Positions 38,886 through 48,556 of a stretch of 64,000 nt of DNA are shown one piece after another. The notes below the pieces were generated by a model that saw only the letters and a program-made list of their open reading frames with translations, ran no database searches and was not told the origin of the DNA. A program made the translations under genes and the position numbers. The stretch is from Candidatus Poribacteria bacterium (GTDB lineage: Bacteria; Poribacteria; WGA-4E; WGA-3G): positions 117,491-181,490 of the forward strand of contig CAXXUA010000011.1 in assembly GCA_963663765.2 (NCBI GenBank). Direction: 5' to 3'. Every line of letters starts with the position of its first letter. Positions within the stretch are counted from its first letter, which is position 1.

Positions 38886-41765
38886 TTAATCAAAAGACAC
38901 AGCGACCGGTTGATACCCGAAAACTGCTTTTCCATTACTCAATAATGGTGCTTCGCTACCGCGATCAAGGACATCAACAGTCCAAAGCTGACCGTTGTTC
39001 TCATAGAGAATCCAACGTCCGTTGGAGGGTACCCACACGGGATGACTTCCACCCATTTCTGTGACCTGTTTTTCAGTGGGTTTACCAGTATTTGAATATG
39101 AGACAATCCATATTTGCCGTGTGTCCTCATCAATACTGCGTGAGAATGCAAGTGTATTTCTGTCTTCAGGATGCCATGCAGGTTCCGCATCATCTGCGGG
39201 AGAGACGACAATCGGTTCAATGCTGCTGGACTTTGTGTTAAAACCATAGATATTGCGAGGAGTTTCTGATTTTTCGTTTTCAATACTACCAGCAGTTGCA
39301 TAAGCAAGTAAACGTCCATCTTTGCTCCATGCAGGATTGGTCATTTCTATTGCAGTTGATGGTATAGGAAAAGTATCTTTGCTCCGAAGATGCTGGATAA
39401 CGATGCGTTTTCTTCCTGTTGGTTCCCTATGTGCATAAGCAAGATACTCACCATCGGGTGAAATAGTTGCATCTTCAATAAGTTCTCGTTTGTCAAGGAA
39501 GACTCTGCTTTTTCCTGAAGCGATATCTTTGAGAATGACATTATCATCAAAATCATGATATACTAACAAACCGTTTGCTGAAGCAGATGGTTGAAATCCT
39601 GCATCAAGTGGTGCGACTCGTGTGTCAATTGGTACTTTCCTTTTAGCATTTAGAGCAAAATCCTCAGCTGTGGTTGGGGCAATTCGCCATAAAACACCAT
39701 CGTGGCTGTAATATACGAACACAGATTCAGATGCAAGTGAAAAACCGTTTGTACTGTGATGTGACAATACTTCTGAATTCTGTGTTTCATCGCTGACCTG
39801 TTTGTCGTTCTTAGGAGTTGTTGTATCAGTATTTATGTTTTCTTTTTTGAGGTTAAACTTGTCCTGTTTTGTCAGTTTCCATCCAGTTCCATCAGCTTCA
39901 AAATAGAACCCCATACCTTTTGTCCAGTACATCCATTCTTCAATCAATTTTCCGTTCTGAGTGTATTTGAAGATGTCTTCAGGTTCACCGTACATCCTTG
40001 CGATATTCCACTTTCCACCATGAGAAAGTTCAGCCATTGTGCCTTCTTCATCAACATAAGACGCTAAAATATCAATATCTACATGGGGTGTCGTCTTCCC
40101 TGCATAGACGTTAATAGCAGCAGGTGTGCCACGTACGGGTTGGTGGGTGCCATAGATACCGATTCCATCCTTAATTCCAGATTTTCCATCACTGTTTTGG
40201 TCAATCACTGCCATGACATAGTATTTACCGGGTTTGACATCAACGATAAATGTGCCGTTCTCGTCAAGAAAGAGTGGCATATACATGGTGTCGTTAAAAT
40301 CTTGAGTGGTTGCTAAGCTTATTAGACCTGTAGGGATCGGTTCTTGATTATCTCCATCGGTCTGAACGTTTTCCTGTTGTATGGTACTAGTAGATAAAAA
40401 TGACGTAATTCTACCAGTAATTCTTCCCATCTGTTTTTCTGCAGGTTCAGAACCTATAGGTGTAGGACCTATATCCGTAATAGGCATACTGTTCTCTGTT
40501 TTTATTATTGGGACAAGTTGTCCATCTGCTTCATATCGTGCACTCAACTGAATGTTGACTGCACGTGTTTCACCAGCATGAAAAACGACTGCTGGTGGTG
40601 GATTCGTTGTGATATCTGATGTTCCCAATGCACCGAGACCGTCTCCTTCACTATACCTACCGTCCCCATCTGCATCATGATTTGCTATCAGATAGTAATC
40701 ACCTGGAGGCAGTTGGAATCTATATTTTCCTTCAGAATCGGTTTTTGCTGTTGCAATAGGTTTTACCAATGCAGAAGTTGCGTAAATTTCAACCTGAACC
40801 TTGCTTGTCTTGTCTGGTAGGGGTTCAACACGTCCTTTGATTATTGCGCTGTTTTCTCTATTATCTGGTTTGGGCGTTGTGACATAAGTGGCAGTAATGG
40901 GGATATCGATGTGTAAAGTAAAGGTATTTGATTTGACCAAGACAGGTAGCGGAAATGATCTCCGCTTTTTCATATCTGATACACCGTAAAAACCATATTT
41001 GTCTCCAACATCAAGTTTATCGTTGGAATTCTTGTCAACGACTGCCATGATATAGTATTTACCGGGTTTCAATCGGAGTTCCCAAGTGTTTGTATTTGGA
41101 TCAACGACGGTGATTCCAGCACGAAACTTCCAAGAGGTGTCGGTGTAGGCGAGAATCAGTGTTCGGATTTTTTCTTTTGAAGGTGTTTCTGTATATTTTA
41201 CAATTCCACGACACCCCGAAGTTGCGAGTGTTAAATCTGATTGAAACTGCTTAATGTTACTTGGTTTGTATTGGGACGCAGGAACAAGTTTTAGTTCATC
41301 ATCAATACGTTGGAGTCGCGCGGTAATCTGTATCTGAATATCTTCCTTTTTTGCTTTCTCAGCAATTTCTACATGCTGATGCTTCTGTTCTTTATTCTGC
41401 CATTCCGTTATTCCAAAGACTCCATATCCGTCACCTTCGTCAAATTTACCTGATTTGTCAATATCCACATAAGCCACCAGATAATACTTACCGGGTTCTA
41501 CTCGCAGTGTGAAGGCTCCAGAACCTGCATTTGTCAGTCCAGTGGTATATAGGTCTTTGAGCTTCTCATCCCGATAGACAGACACATTTGTTTGTGTTAG
41601 ATCTTTACCTCTCCATACAACATTACCTATTAGCGTAGCATTCATTTTGTTGACATCTGCAGGGACATTTTTTGAATCGGAAGGGGTAGATTGTTGGGCA
41701 TAACCACTTGAATTGCTTAGCAATACAACACAGGTAACAAGTGCAAATAATATCAATCGTTTCAT
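38886..41765 (-). CDS. Secreted protein with four beta-sandwich repeats (DxDxxG loops) and a TolB/PD40 propeller
   Basis: Four PGxYYxxA...D...D..G repeats; ISPDGEYLAY, PAWSKDG, PAWHP, PVWVP. Confidence 0.8.
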   Translation of the reverse strand: MKRLILFALVTCVVLLSNSSGYAQQSTPSDSKNVPADVNKMNATLIGNVVWRGKDLTQTNVSVYRDEKLKDLYTTGLTNAGSGAFTLRVEPGKYYLVAYVDIDKSGKFDEGDGYGVFGITEWQNKEQKHQHVEIAEKAKKEDIQIQITARLQRIDDELKLVPASQYKPSNIKQFQSDLTLATSGCRGIVKYTETPSKEKIRTLILAYTDTSWKFRAGITVVDPNTNTWELRLKPGKYYIMAVVDKNSNDKLDVGDKYGFYGVSDMKKRRSFPLPVLVKSNTFTLHIDIPITATYVTTPKPDNRENSAIIKGRVEPLPDKTSKVQVEIYATSALVKPIATAKTDSEGKYRFQLPPGDYYLIANHDADGDGRYSEGDGLGALGTSDITTNPPPAVVFHAGETRAVNIQLSARYEADGQLVPIIKTENSMPITDIGPTPIGSEPAEKQMGRITGRITSFLSTSTIQQENVQTDGDNQEPIPTGLISLATTQDFNDTMYMPLFLDENGTFIVDVKPGKYYVMAVIDQNSDGKSGIKDGIGIYGTHQPVRGTPAAINVYAGKTTPHVDIDILASYVDEEGTMAELSHGGKWNIARMYGEPEDIFKYTQNGKLIEEWMYWTKGMGFYFEADGTGWKLTKQDKFNLKKENINTDTTTPKNDKQVSDETQNSEVLSHHSTNGFSLASESVFVYYSHDGVLWRIAPTTAEDFALNAKRKVPIDTRVAPLDAGFQPSASANGLLVYHDFDDNVILKDIASGKSRVFLDKRELIEDATISPDGEYLAYAHREPTGRKRIVIQHLRSKDTFPIPSTAIEMTNPAWSKDGRLLAYATAGSIENEKSETPRNIYGFNTKSSSIEPIVVSPADDAEPAWHPEDRNTLAFSRSIDEDTRQIWIVSYSNTGKPTEKQVTEMGGSHPVWVPSNGRWILYENNGQLWTVDVLDRGSEAPLLSNGKAVFGYQPVAVSFD

Positions 41766-41879
41766 GGGTTCATATTCTCCGTATTAAGTCCATTTTCCTG
41801 ATAATATGTAGTTTCTTTTCTTTATGATTTTCATTTTACCATATCTATGGTATTTTTTTCAAGTTAATCGGAGTGTTGG

Positions 41880-41999
41880 CAGGGTTATTCAGTGTTCCAA
41901 ATAATCGAATTTTGCAAATTGAAACCCCACGGTAGGAGCGACCTCCCGGTCGAGATTTTCTCAAGAAACGGGTAAAATGTGTAAAACTGAATAACCCTG
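41880..41999. mobile_element. 120-bp CAGGGTTATTCAG MITE with REP arm
   Basis: Perfect 13-bp TIR; TSD GAGTGTTGG/GAGTGTCGG; GTAGGAGCGACCTCCCGGTCG inside. Confidence 0.88.
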
Positions 42000-42425
42000 G
42001 AGTGTCGGGTTTGGTGTGTTTAAGGTTGTTAGCATGTGGTGATTCCGACACTACCCAGAATCATTGATTTAAGACCTCTACATCTAACCGTATTCCTTAG
42101 ATAACGTTTTCCTCTACAATACAGCCTCATGCTGGTGTCTTGTCCGTGCTAACCGTGATTCTGTATGCCAATAACTTTACACCCCGCAGTGTTTTGTATG
42201 TAAAGTCTTGACAGACAGACTCACTAAACTAACATGAAATAATTAATGAAAAAATGCAACCCAACATTACACTAAATCTATAATTATTCCACTTGTCAAA
42301 ACGGAAGAATTTTGCTATTATTAAGAAAAATATTAATGAAAGCTTTTCTAACGTTTCAGTTTCGTTGCTGACCAGTAGGATTGTGATTTCAGGACTAATA
42401 TAAACACTATTATTAGGGTGAATCA

Positions 42426-43553
42426 ATGTCAAAATACACAAAAGGTTCAATACATTCATCAGAGTTACGGGAGTTTGAGGATAAGCAAACAGGGGCGCAT
42501 ATTTATCAACTGACAGATGATAATACGATTAACCATAACCTCTATTTTCTCACGTCATCCTTTACACCTGACCAAGAAAATCTAATTTTCACCTCATATC
42601 GATCTGGAAAAGCGAATTTTTTCATGGTTGGTTTTCCTGATGGAAACATTATACAACTGACCGATGGAGATGAAATTCATGGATATTCAGGGGTCATTTC
42701 CAGTGATGGAACCAAGCTTTACTACACCGAAGGTTCAGCCATAAAATTAGTGTATTTTGACACCTTTGCTGAACGTGTTCTTGCAGAATTTCCGAGGGGG
42801 AGTCTCGGAGAATGTAGTGTCAGTGCTGATGAACAATTTATTGTAACCGCAATGAAACGAGATGGAAAGTCACACATTACTATCACAGCAACCGATGGAA
42901 GTGCTGCAGAGATTATCTATACTTCACCTGATCAGACGATTATACATCCGCAATTCCACCCAAAGCATCCGGACCTGATCGCTTATTCTGGTGACCCTGC
43001 ACCACGTATGTGGACGATAAAACGCGATGGTACAGAAAACCGACTGCTTTATCAACATAGCAATGATGAGTTCCTTTTGCATGAGACTTTTTTGGGTTCG
43101 ATGGATGAATTGATTGTAACACATTGGCCTTACGCATTGCGGCGTATATCTTTAGATACACTTGAGATGCAAACAATCTCCGAATTCAATGCATGGCATA
43201 TTGCAAGTAATAGCGCGGGAACAAAGGTACTTTGTGATACTGTGCATCCTGATATTGGCTTGCGATTGGTTGATGTGGAGTCAAGTGAACATGTACCAAT
43301 ATGTTATCCGAAGAGTTCTTGTAGTGGCAGCCAATGGAAAAAGGATCGGTATGCTGTCGCAGAAGATTGGGCTGCAGCACAACAAGCAGGCGAAAGAGAA
43401 AAATCACTAAGTTGGATGGAGATGAAAGTGGATACGGTTTATGGACCGCAATGGACGCATCCACATCCTTCCTTTAGTCCTGATGAAAAGTTGGTAGTTT
43501 ATACTTCGGATGTGTCTGGTCATTCACAAGTATATGTTGCTGTAATTCCTTGA
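42426..43553 (+). CDS. Oligogalacturonate lyase-like beta-propeller
   Basis: D.QTGA.IYQLT, LYF...SFTPD, HPQFHP, HETF, THPHPSFSPD. Confidence 0.8.
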   Translation: MSKYTKGSIHSSELREFEDKQTGAHIYQLTDDNTINHNLYFLTSSFTPDQENLIFTSYRSGKANFFMVGFPDGNIIQLTDGDEIHGYSGVISSDGTKLYYTEGSAIKLVYFDTFAERVLAEFPRGSLGECSVSADEQFIVTAMKRDGKSHITITATDGSAAEIIYTSPDQTIIHPQFHPKHPDLIAYSGDPAPRMWTIKRDGTENRLLYQHSNDEFLLHETFLGSMDELIVTHWPYALRRISLDTLEMQTISEFNAWHIASNSAGTKVLCDTVHPDIGLRLVDVESSEHVPICYPKSSCSGSQWKKDRYAVAEDWAAAQQAGEREKSLSWMEMKVDTVYGPQWTHPHPSFSPDEKLVVYTSDVSGHSQVYVAVIP

Positions 43554-43598
43554 TGACACAACACTTGAATGAGATTCTAATTCGTTATGGGAGGTTTC

Positions 43599-44366
43599 AT
43601 GATACTTGTAACAGGTCACGAAGGATTTCTTGGTAATGCAATTTCAACATATCTAACAATAAGCAATGTACAACATAGGACTCTTGACCGTGAAGAAGAC
43701 TACTCAACTTGGTGTGATACTGTAAAATCATTATTCAAAAACAATACATTTAAAACGGTCATAGCAGCTGGAGCAATAAGTAATAATCAATATAAATCGA
43801 CAGATATTTTCGACTGGAATGCGTATGCAATGGAATACCTTGCAAAATTTTGTGTCAAACAAAATACTCACTTGATTTTCATTTCATCACAAGCAGCGAG
43901 GAATCCGGAAACGTTATATGGACATTCCAAAAAGATGGCTGAACTTCTATTATTAGCAATATCTGGTTTAGATGTGTGCATACTTCAACCTTTCAATATC
44001 TGGGGTGAAGGTGAAACTTGCAAACTTGTACACTGTCAATCTTTACCACATCGATTGGCAGTACATAACTTAGAAGTGCTTTGGGACATACAACGAGATT
44101 ATGTGCATGTGTCTGATGTTGTGAGTGCTATTATGTTAGCAAAACATTACAAGACATGTGGTACATTTCATGTTGGTACGGGGAATGCGATTAAGTCAGA
44201 ACCGCTTGCCGCATGTGTCCAATGGAAAGGATACACTAAAGAACCAACACCTGATTACATCGAAACGTATACTTGTGCAGATCCTGTACGGTTATTACCC
44301 GATTGGAATGCTAAAATTCTTGTGCTAAATGAACTTACACAACTTGAAGTAAAGATGAATTCATAA
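43599..44366 (+). CDS. NAD-dependent epimerase/dehydratase (extended SDR, HldD-like)
   Basis: ILVTGHEGFLG, YGHSK, FNIWG, RDYVHVSD, GTFHVGTG. Confidence 0.8.
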   Translation: MILVTGHEGFLGNAISTYLTISNVQHRTLDREEDYSTWCDTVKSLFKNNTFKTVIAAGAISNNQYKSTDIFDWNAYAMEYLAKFCVKQNTHLIFISSQAARNPETLYGHSKKMAELLLLAISGLDVCILQPFNIWGEGETCKLVHCQSLPHRLAVHNLEVLWDIQRDYVHVSDVVSAIMLAKHYKTCGTFHVGTGNAIKSEPLAACVQWKGYTKEPTPDYIETYTCADPVRLLPDWNAKILVLNELTQLEVKMNS

Positions 44367-44371
44367 AAGAA

Positions 44372-44565
44372 CAGAAATTTCGCAAAAACGGTAGGCGGGG
44401 AATGCCTAAATGGCATTCATACCCGGGGAATGCCAAAAGGCATTCATACCGTTGATTTCTTGATTTGGTGCTTTGTAAGCGCGCTGGAACCCTATAAAAT
44501 TACTGATTAATTACATCATTTTCAACATAATTCTTGAATAAATCAAGAAAACTGCGTAAGTCCTG
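44372..44565. mobile_element. CAGGACTTACGCA-type MITE with duplicated GAATGC insert
   Basis: Ends CAGAAATTTCGCA/TGCGTAAGTCCTG; AAGAA flanks; insert 44397-44467. Confidence 0.8.
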
Positions 44566-44577
44566 AAGAAAATACAA

Positions 44578-45315
44578 TTACTGAAATTCAGGTAAAATCT
44601 GCTTGAGTGAATCTTCATTTTGTATCAGCTGATTGATAAGCTCCGGATCAAGCGCATAAGCTTTTTTCAGCGAGTTTAAGGCATTTAGGGTGTCATCCGA
44701 TAAGGCATAAGCACAAGCAAGATTATAGAATAAGCGGGGTTCATCAGGGAATGTTTGTAGTGCATGTGTACAGATTTCACGTGCATCATCAGGTTCGTTT
44801 TTTCTGAGATAGACGGTTGCTAAATTGACATAACCTTGCGGCATTTCAGGTGCGATATCAATAGCAATTCTGAAGGTGTCAATAGCATTGTTAAATTGTC
44901 CTGTCTGCAAGTATACGTGTCCAAGGTTGTTGTATGCTGATGGGTCATATTTGAAAAAGATCGTTCGCTTTTTGTTTTTGATAGCTTTTTGATATGCTTC
45001 AATAGCTTTTTCCGGTTCACCTTTTTTCATCAAGAAGAGAGCATCACGGTAGTTATCGTTAAATTGTGATTGATGCTGCCAAATCCATATAAACAGGAAA
45101 GTCACAGCAAGACAAAATGTCATACAACCCATTCTGAAGGTTTTATTGATCGGTCTTTGTTCGGATTCTGAATTCTGTTCGGATTCATGCTCTTGATTTT
45201 CAATTGGTTCAGTTTCATTCTCTTCTATTACTTCATACTCTTGATAATCGATTGAATCTGAATCAAGTTCATCTATAGATTGATTTTCATGATCTTGAGT
45301 TTCTTTAGCAGCCAT
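44578..45315 (-). CDS. Membrane-anchored TPR protein
   Basis: Acidic N-terminus, one TM segment, AYNNLG, GYVNLA, FYNLACAYA. Confidence 0.85.
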   Translation of the reverse strand: MAAKETQDHENQSIDELDSDSIDYQEYEVIEENETEPIENQEHESEQNSESEQRPINKTFRMGCMTFCLAVTFLFIWIWQHQSQFNDNYRDALFLMKKGEPEKAIEAYQKAIKNKKRTIFFKYDPSAYNNLGHVYLQTGQFNNAIDTFRIAIDIAPEMPQGYVNLATVYLRKNEPDDAREICTHALQTFPDEPRLFYNLACAYALSDDTLNALNSLKKAYALDPELINQLIQNEDSLKQILPEFQ

Positions 45316-45384
45316 AGTTTTTTGTCTTTTTTTTTGAAAAATGATTCATAATAGGTTTTATAACATCAATAAGGAATACGTTAA

Positions 45385-46437
45385 ATGAAAACTTACGGTT
45401 TTGGTATCATAGGTTGTGGAATGATTTCTGATTTTCATTCTGCTGCGATTTCCGATTTAGAATACGGGCAGTTAGTTGCTGTGAGTTCCCGCAATACTGA
45501 CAATGCAAAACGACTCACGGATAAGTATGATGTTCAAGGTTATACCGATTACAATGAGATGTTGCAACGAGACGATCTCGATATTGTTTGTGTCTGCACT
45601 CCCAGTGGGGCGCACCTTGAACCAGCCGTTGCATCTGCAAGAGCTGGTAAACACGTGATTGTTGAAAAACCTTTAGAAATTACCCTTCAACGATGTGATG
45701 AAATTATTCAATCCTGTGATGAAGCAGGAGTAAAATTATGTGCAATATTCAATTCGCGTTTCACAGAAGGTGCACAACTTATCAAAACCACTATTGATAG
45801 CGGCCGTTTCGGTAAGTTGACCTTAGGCAGTGCATACATCAAATGGTATCGTTCACAAGAATACTACGACAGCGGTGGTTGGCGTGGCACTTGGAACCTT
45901 GATGGCGGCGGAGCACTTATGAATCAATCTATACATGCCATTGATTTACTGCAGTATTATATGGGTCCTGTTCATTCTGTGCAAGCATTTACTGACACGT
46001 TGGCACATGAACGTATTGAAGTAGAAGATGCTGCTGTTGCAGTCCTTCGTTTTGAAAATGGGGCATTAGGAGTCATTGAAGGTACTACCGCTGCCTATCC
46101 TGGCATGTTCAAAAAAACCGAAATCTGTGGTACAAAAGGTACTGCAACTTTAGAGGAAGAGGACATAGTTATATGGCAGTTTGATCCTGAACTTCCAGAA
46201 GATGCAGCCATACGTGAAAAGTTTGCACAAAAGACAGAATCGGGTGGTGGTGCATCGGATCCGCGCGCAATCAATAATGACAATCACCGTCGTCAGATGG
46301 AAAACTTTATCGTAGGTCTTGAACACGACGAATCTCATTTGGTTGATGGACGTGAAGGTCGTAAATCGGTAGAAATTATTCTTGCAATCTATCAATCAAG
46401 TCGTGAAGGTCGTCCTGTTGAATTACCTCTCAAATAG
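45385..46437 (+). CDS. Gfo/Idh/MocA oxidoreductase
   Basis: IGCGMIS, VEKPL, WRGTW.LDGGGALMNQSIH.ID. Confidence 0.93.
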   Translation: MKTYGFGIIGCGMISDFHSAAISDLEYGQLVAVSSRNTDNAKRLTDKYDVQGYTDYNEMLQRDDLDIVCVCTPSGAHLEPAVASARAGKHVIVEKPLEITLQRCDEIIQSCDEAGVKLCAIFNSRFTEGAQLIKTTIDSGRFGKLTLGSAYIKWYRSQEYYDSGGWRGTWNLDGGGALMNQSIHAIDLLQYYMGPVHSVQAFTDTLAHERIEVEDAAVAVLRFENGALGVIEGTTAAYPGMFKKTEICGTKGTATLEEEDIVIWQFDPELPEDAAIREKFAQKTESGGGASDPRAINNDNHRRQMENFIVGLEHDESHLVDGREGRKSVEIILAIYQSSREGRPVELPLK

Positions 46438-46502
46438 TCTATATTTAATGATTTTACAACTTGTTTGTCAAGTCTTTTACAAATGAAGAATAACCTTGAT
46501 TC

Positions 46503-47468
46503 TTATGGATAGTCAAACACAATTTTAATCGCTTCGTCTTTCTTATGCAATGCCATTTCATAACCTTTTTGTGCTTCCGTGAATGGCATGTGATGCGTGA
46601 TAATCGGTGACACATCAATTCGTTCTTGTGCGATCATATCCATTGCTAATGGAAAATCGTTTTGCACATCTGGACTGACAGAACCTATGAAGTTGATGTT
46701 TTTCCTGAAAAATTCTGCGAAGTGAAAATTATATACTTCATCATCTGGAACACCAAAAGCAAGGAGTGTACCACTGCGTTTCAACAGATTTATACAAGTG
46801 TTGATTGTCTCTGTTTGATGACCAACAACTTCAATGACAAGATCTGCCATTCTGCCATCGGTAATATCGCGGACAGCAGAAACTAAGTCTTCGTTTGCGC
46901 AATTGATAGTGTGTGTTGCTTGCATCTGTTTAGAGGCTTCAAGTCGAAAATCTACCAAGTCTGAAGCAATGACAGTTTTTGCACCGAGATTACTGATCAT
47001 GTGGCTAAACAACAAACCCATCGGACCTTGTCCAATTATCACTACATCCAAATTCAGCAGATTCCCTAACTTTCTACATGCCCAAACGACCGTACCAAGT
47101 GGTTGTGCCATTAGGATACAATCTTTTTTGTGGTAGTCTACCAAAGGTACAGTCACACTCTCATCAGAAAGGAAATATTCTGAGCAACCACCAATTTGCC
47201 TTGGGAGTGCAAGCACTTCATCACCTGTTTTGAATCTTTTTGATTTGCTATCAGCTACAATTCCAATTGCTTCGTGTGTGTGTAGACCTGCTCGTTGCGG
47301 ATATGTGTCTGGAGGTTGTTCCAGTACAAAAGATGGCATATCACTCCCGCAGATTGCACTATGAAGTGTTTTTATCATCACAATACCGTCAGGATAATCT
47401 GCCAAATTCGGTTTTTCAATATCAACAATTTCAATATGATGTGGTGCAATTATTTGCCCCGCTTTCAT
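46503..47468 (-). CDS. Zinc-binding medium-chain dehydrogenase
   Basis: ICGSD, HEAIG, GQGPMG; no structural-zinc Cys cluster. Confidence 0.88.
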   Translation of the reverse strand: MKAGQIIAPHHIEIVDIEKPNLADYPDGIVMIKTLHSAICGSDMPSFVLEQPPDTYPQRAGLHTHEAIGIVADSKSKRFKTGDEVLALPRQIGGCSEYFLSDESVTVPLVDYHKKDCILMAQPLGTVVWACRKLGNLLNLDVVIIGQGPMGLLFSHMISNLGAKTVIASDLVDFRLEASKQMQATHTINCANEDLVSAVRDITDGRMADLVIEVVGHQTETINTCINLLKRSGTLLAFGVPDDEVYNFHFAEFFRKNINFIGSVSPDVQNDFPLAMDMIAQERIDVSPIITHHMPFTEAQKGYEMALHKKDEAIKIVFDYP

Positions 47469-47521
47469 AAAAACTCCCTTCAAATTTAAACTATTCCTGT
47501 TTGATAAAATGTTATTTCCTA

Positions 47522-48481
47522 TTAGATAGAAGATATGACAGATAGGACATGTTCATGTAATGCCCCATTCGTAGCAACAACACCTCTATTTTCAGTCATT
47601 CGTCTACCGTTTAGAAAGTTTAGCGGTTTTCCGTTTGCATCAGTAACCTTACCACCTGCTTCTTCAACAACGATCATACCTGCAGCATGGTCCCATATAC
47701 ATTCGCGATAGTCAGGAAACTCTGGATTAGGAAGACGTATATATAACGTGGCTTCACCACGTGCAACAATACCGTATTTTGCTTGACTGTCAATTTGTAT
47801 AGGTGGGTCATTAATTCCAAGTTGTGTTGCAATTCTATGATGTGTGCTACTATCTCCATGTGTAGATTCAAAACTTTCTGCTAAACGACGATTGTCTTCA
47901 GATACTTGCACCTTATGTAATTCTTTTCCCTCTAATGTAAAAACTGTTGTTCCTTCTCCTCTGACAGCGACAAAAATACAACCCCTCCCTGAATCAGAAT
48001 CGTCTAAACGGTGTGGAAGATTTGGACAGCCTAATACACCAAGTTCAACATTACCGTCAACAATCCACGCTAACGCAATAGCATATTGGTCCTGACGCAG
48101 AAAACCTTTTGTACCATCAATTGGATCAAGTGTCCAGAAACTATTATTGACTTCACCCTTTCCTTTATCTATCCAATCACAAACACTTGTCTCAGACGCG
48201 TTTGTTCTTAAAGTTTCATTAACAACATCCTTGACTCGGTTAAGCAGAAACGGATTCTGTTTTAAGGATTGTGCGTCTTCTTCTGCAACAATAGTGTCAT
48301 TAGGAAAAGTATCGGAAATAGCTTTACAGATCACAGCTTGAGAACCGAAGTCAGCTAAGGTAACTGGACTTCGGTCGTTTTTCTGAATTGTGTCTGACAA
48401 GACCATTTCAGCTTGTACGCGTTTACAAAGTTCTCCTGCTTTTAGGACAGCATTGATAGCAATTTGTTTTTTTGTTGGCAT
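47522..48481 (-). CDS. 3'(2'),5'-bisphosphate nucleotidase (HAL2/SAL1-like)
   Basis: K.DRSPVTLADFGSQA, LDPIDGTKGFLR.DQYA, LGCPNL, DSQAKY, IWDHAAG. Confidence 0.92.
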   Translation of the reverse strand: MPTKKQIAINAVLKAGELCKRVQAEMVLSDTIQKNDRSPVTLADFGSQAVICKAISDTFPNDTIVAEEDAQSLKQNPFLLNRVKDVVNETLRTNASETSVCDWIDKGKGEVNNSFWTLDPIDGTKGFLRQDQYAIALAWIVDGNVELGVLGCPNLPHRLDDSDSGRGCIFVAVRGEGTTVFTLEGKELHKVQVSEDNRRLAESFESTHGDSSTHHRIATQLGINDPPIQIDSQAKYGIVARGEATLYIRLPNPEFPDYRECIWDHAAGMIVVEEAGGKVTDANGKPLNFLNGRRMTENRGVVATNGALHEHVLSVISSI

Positions 48482-48556
48482 CTGATGTGGTTTTATCTAT
48501 AAGGAGTGTTAGCAATCCATGTTTTTTCTAACCAATGATAACTTAATGACAACTTC

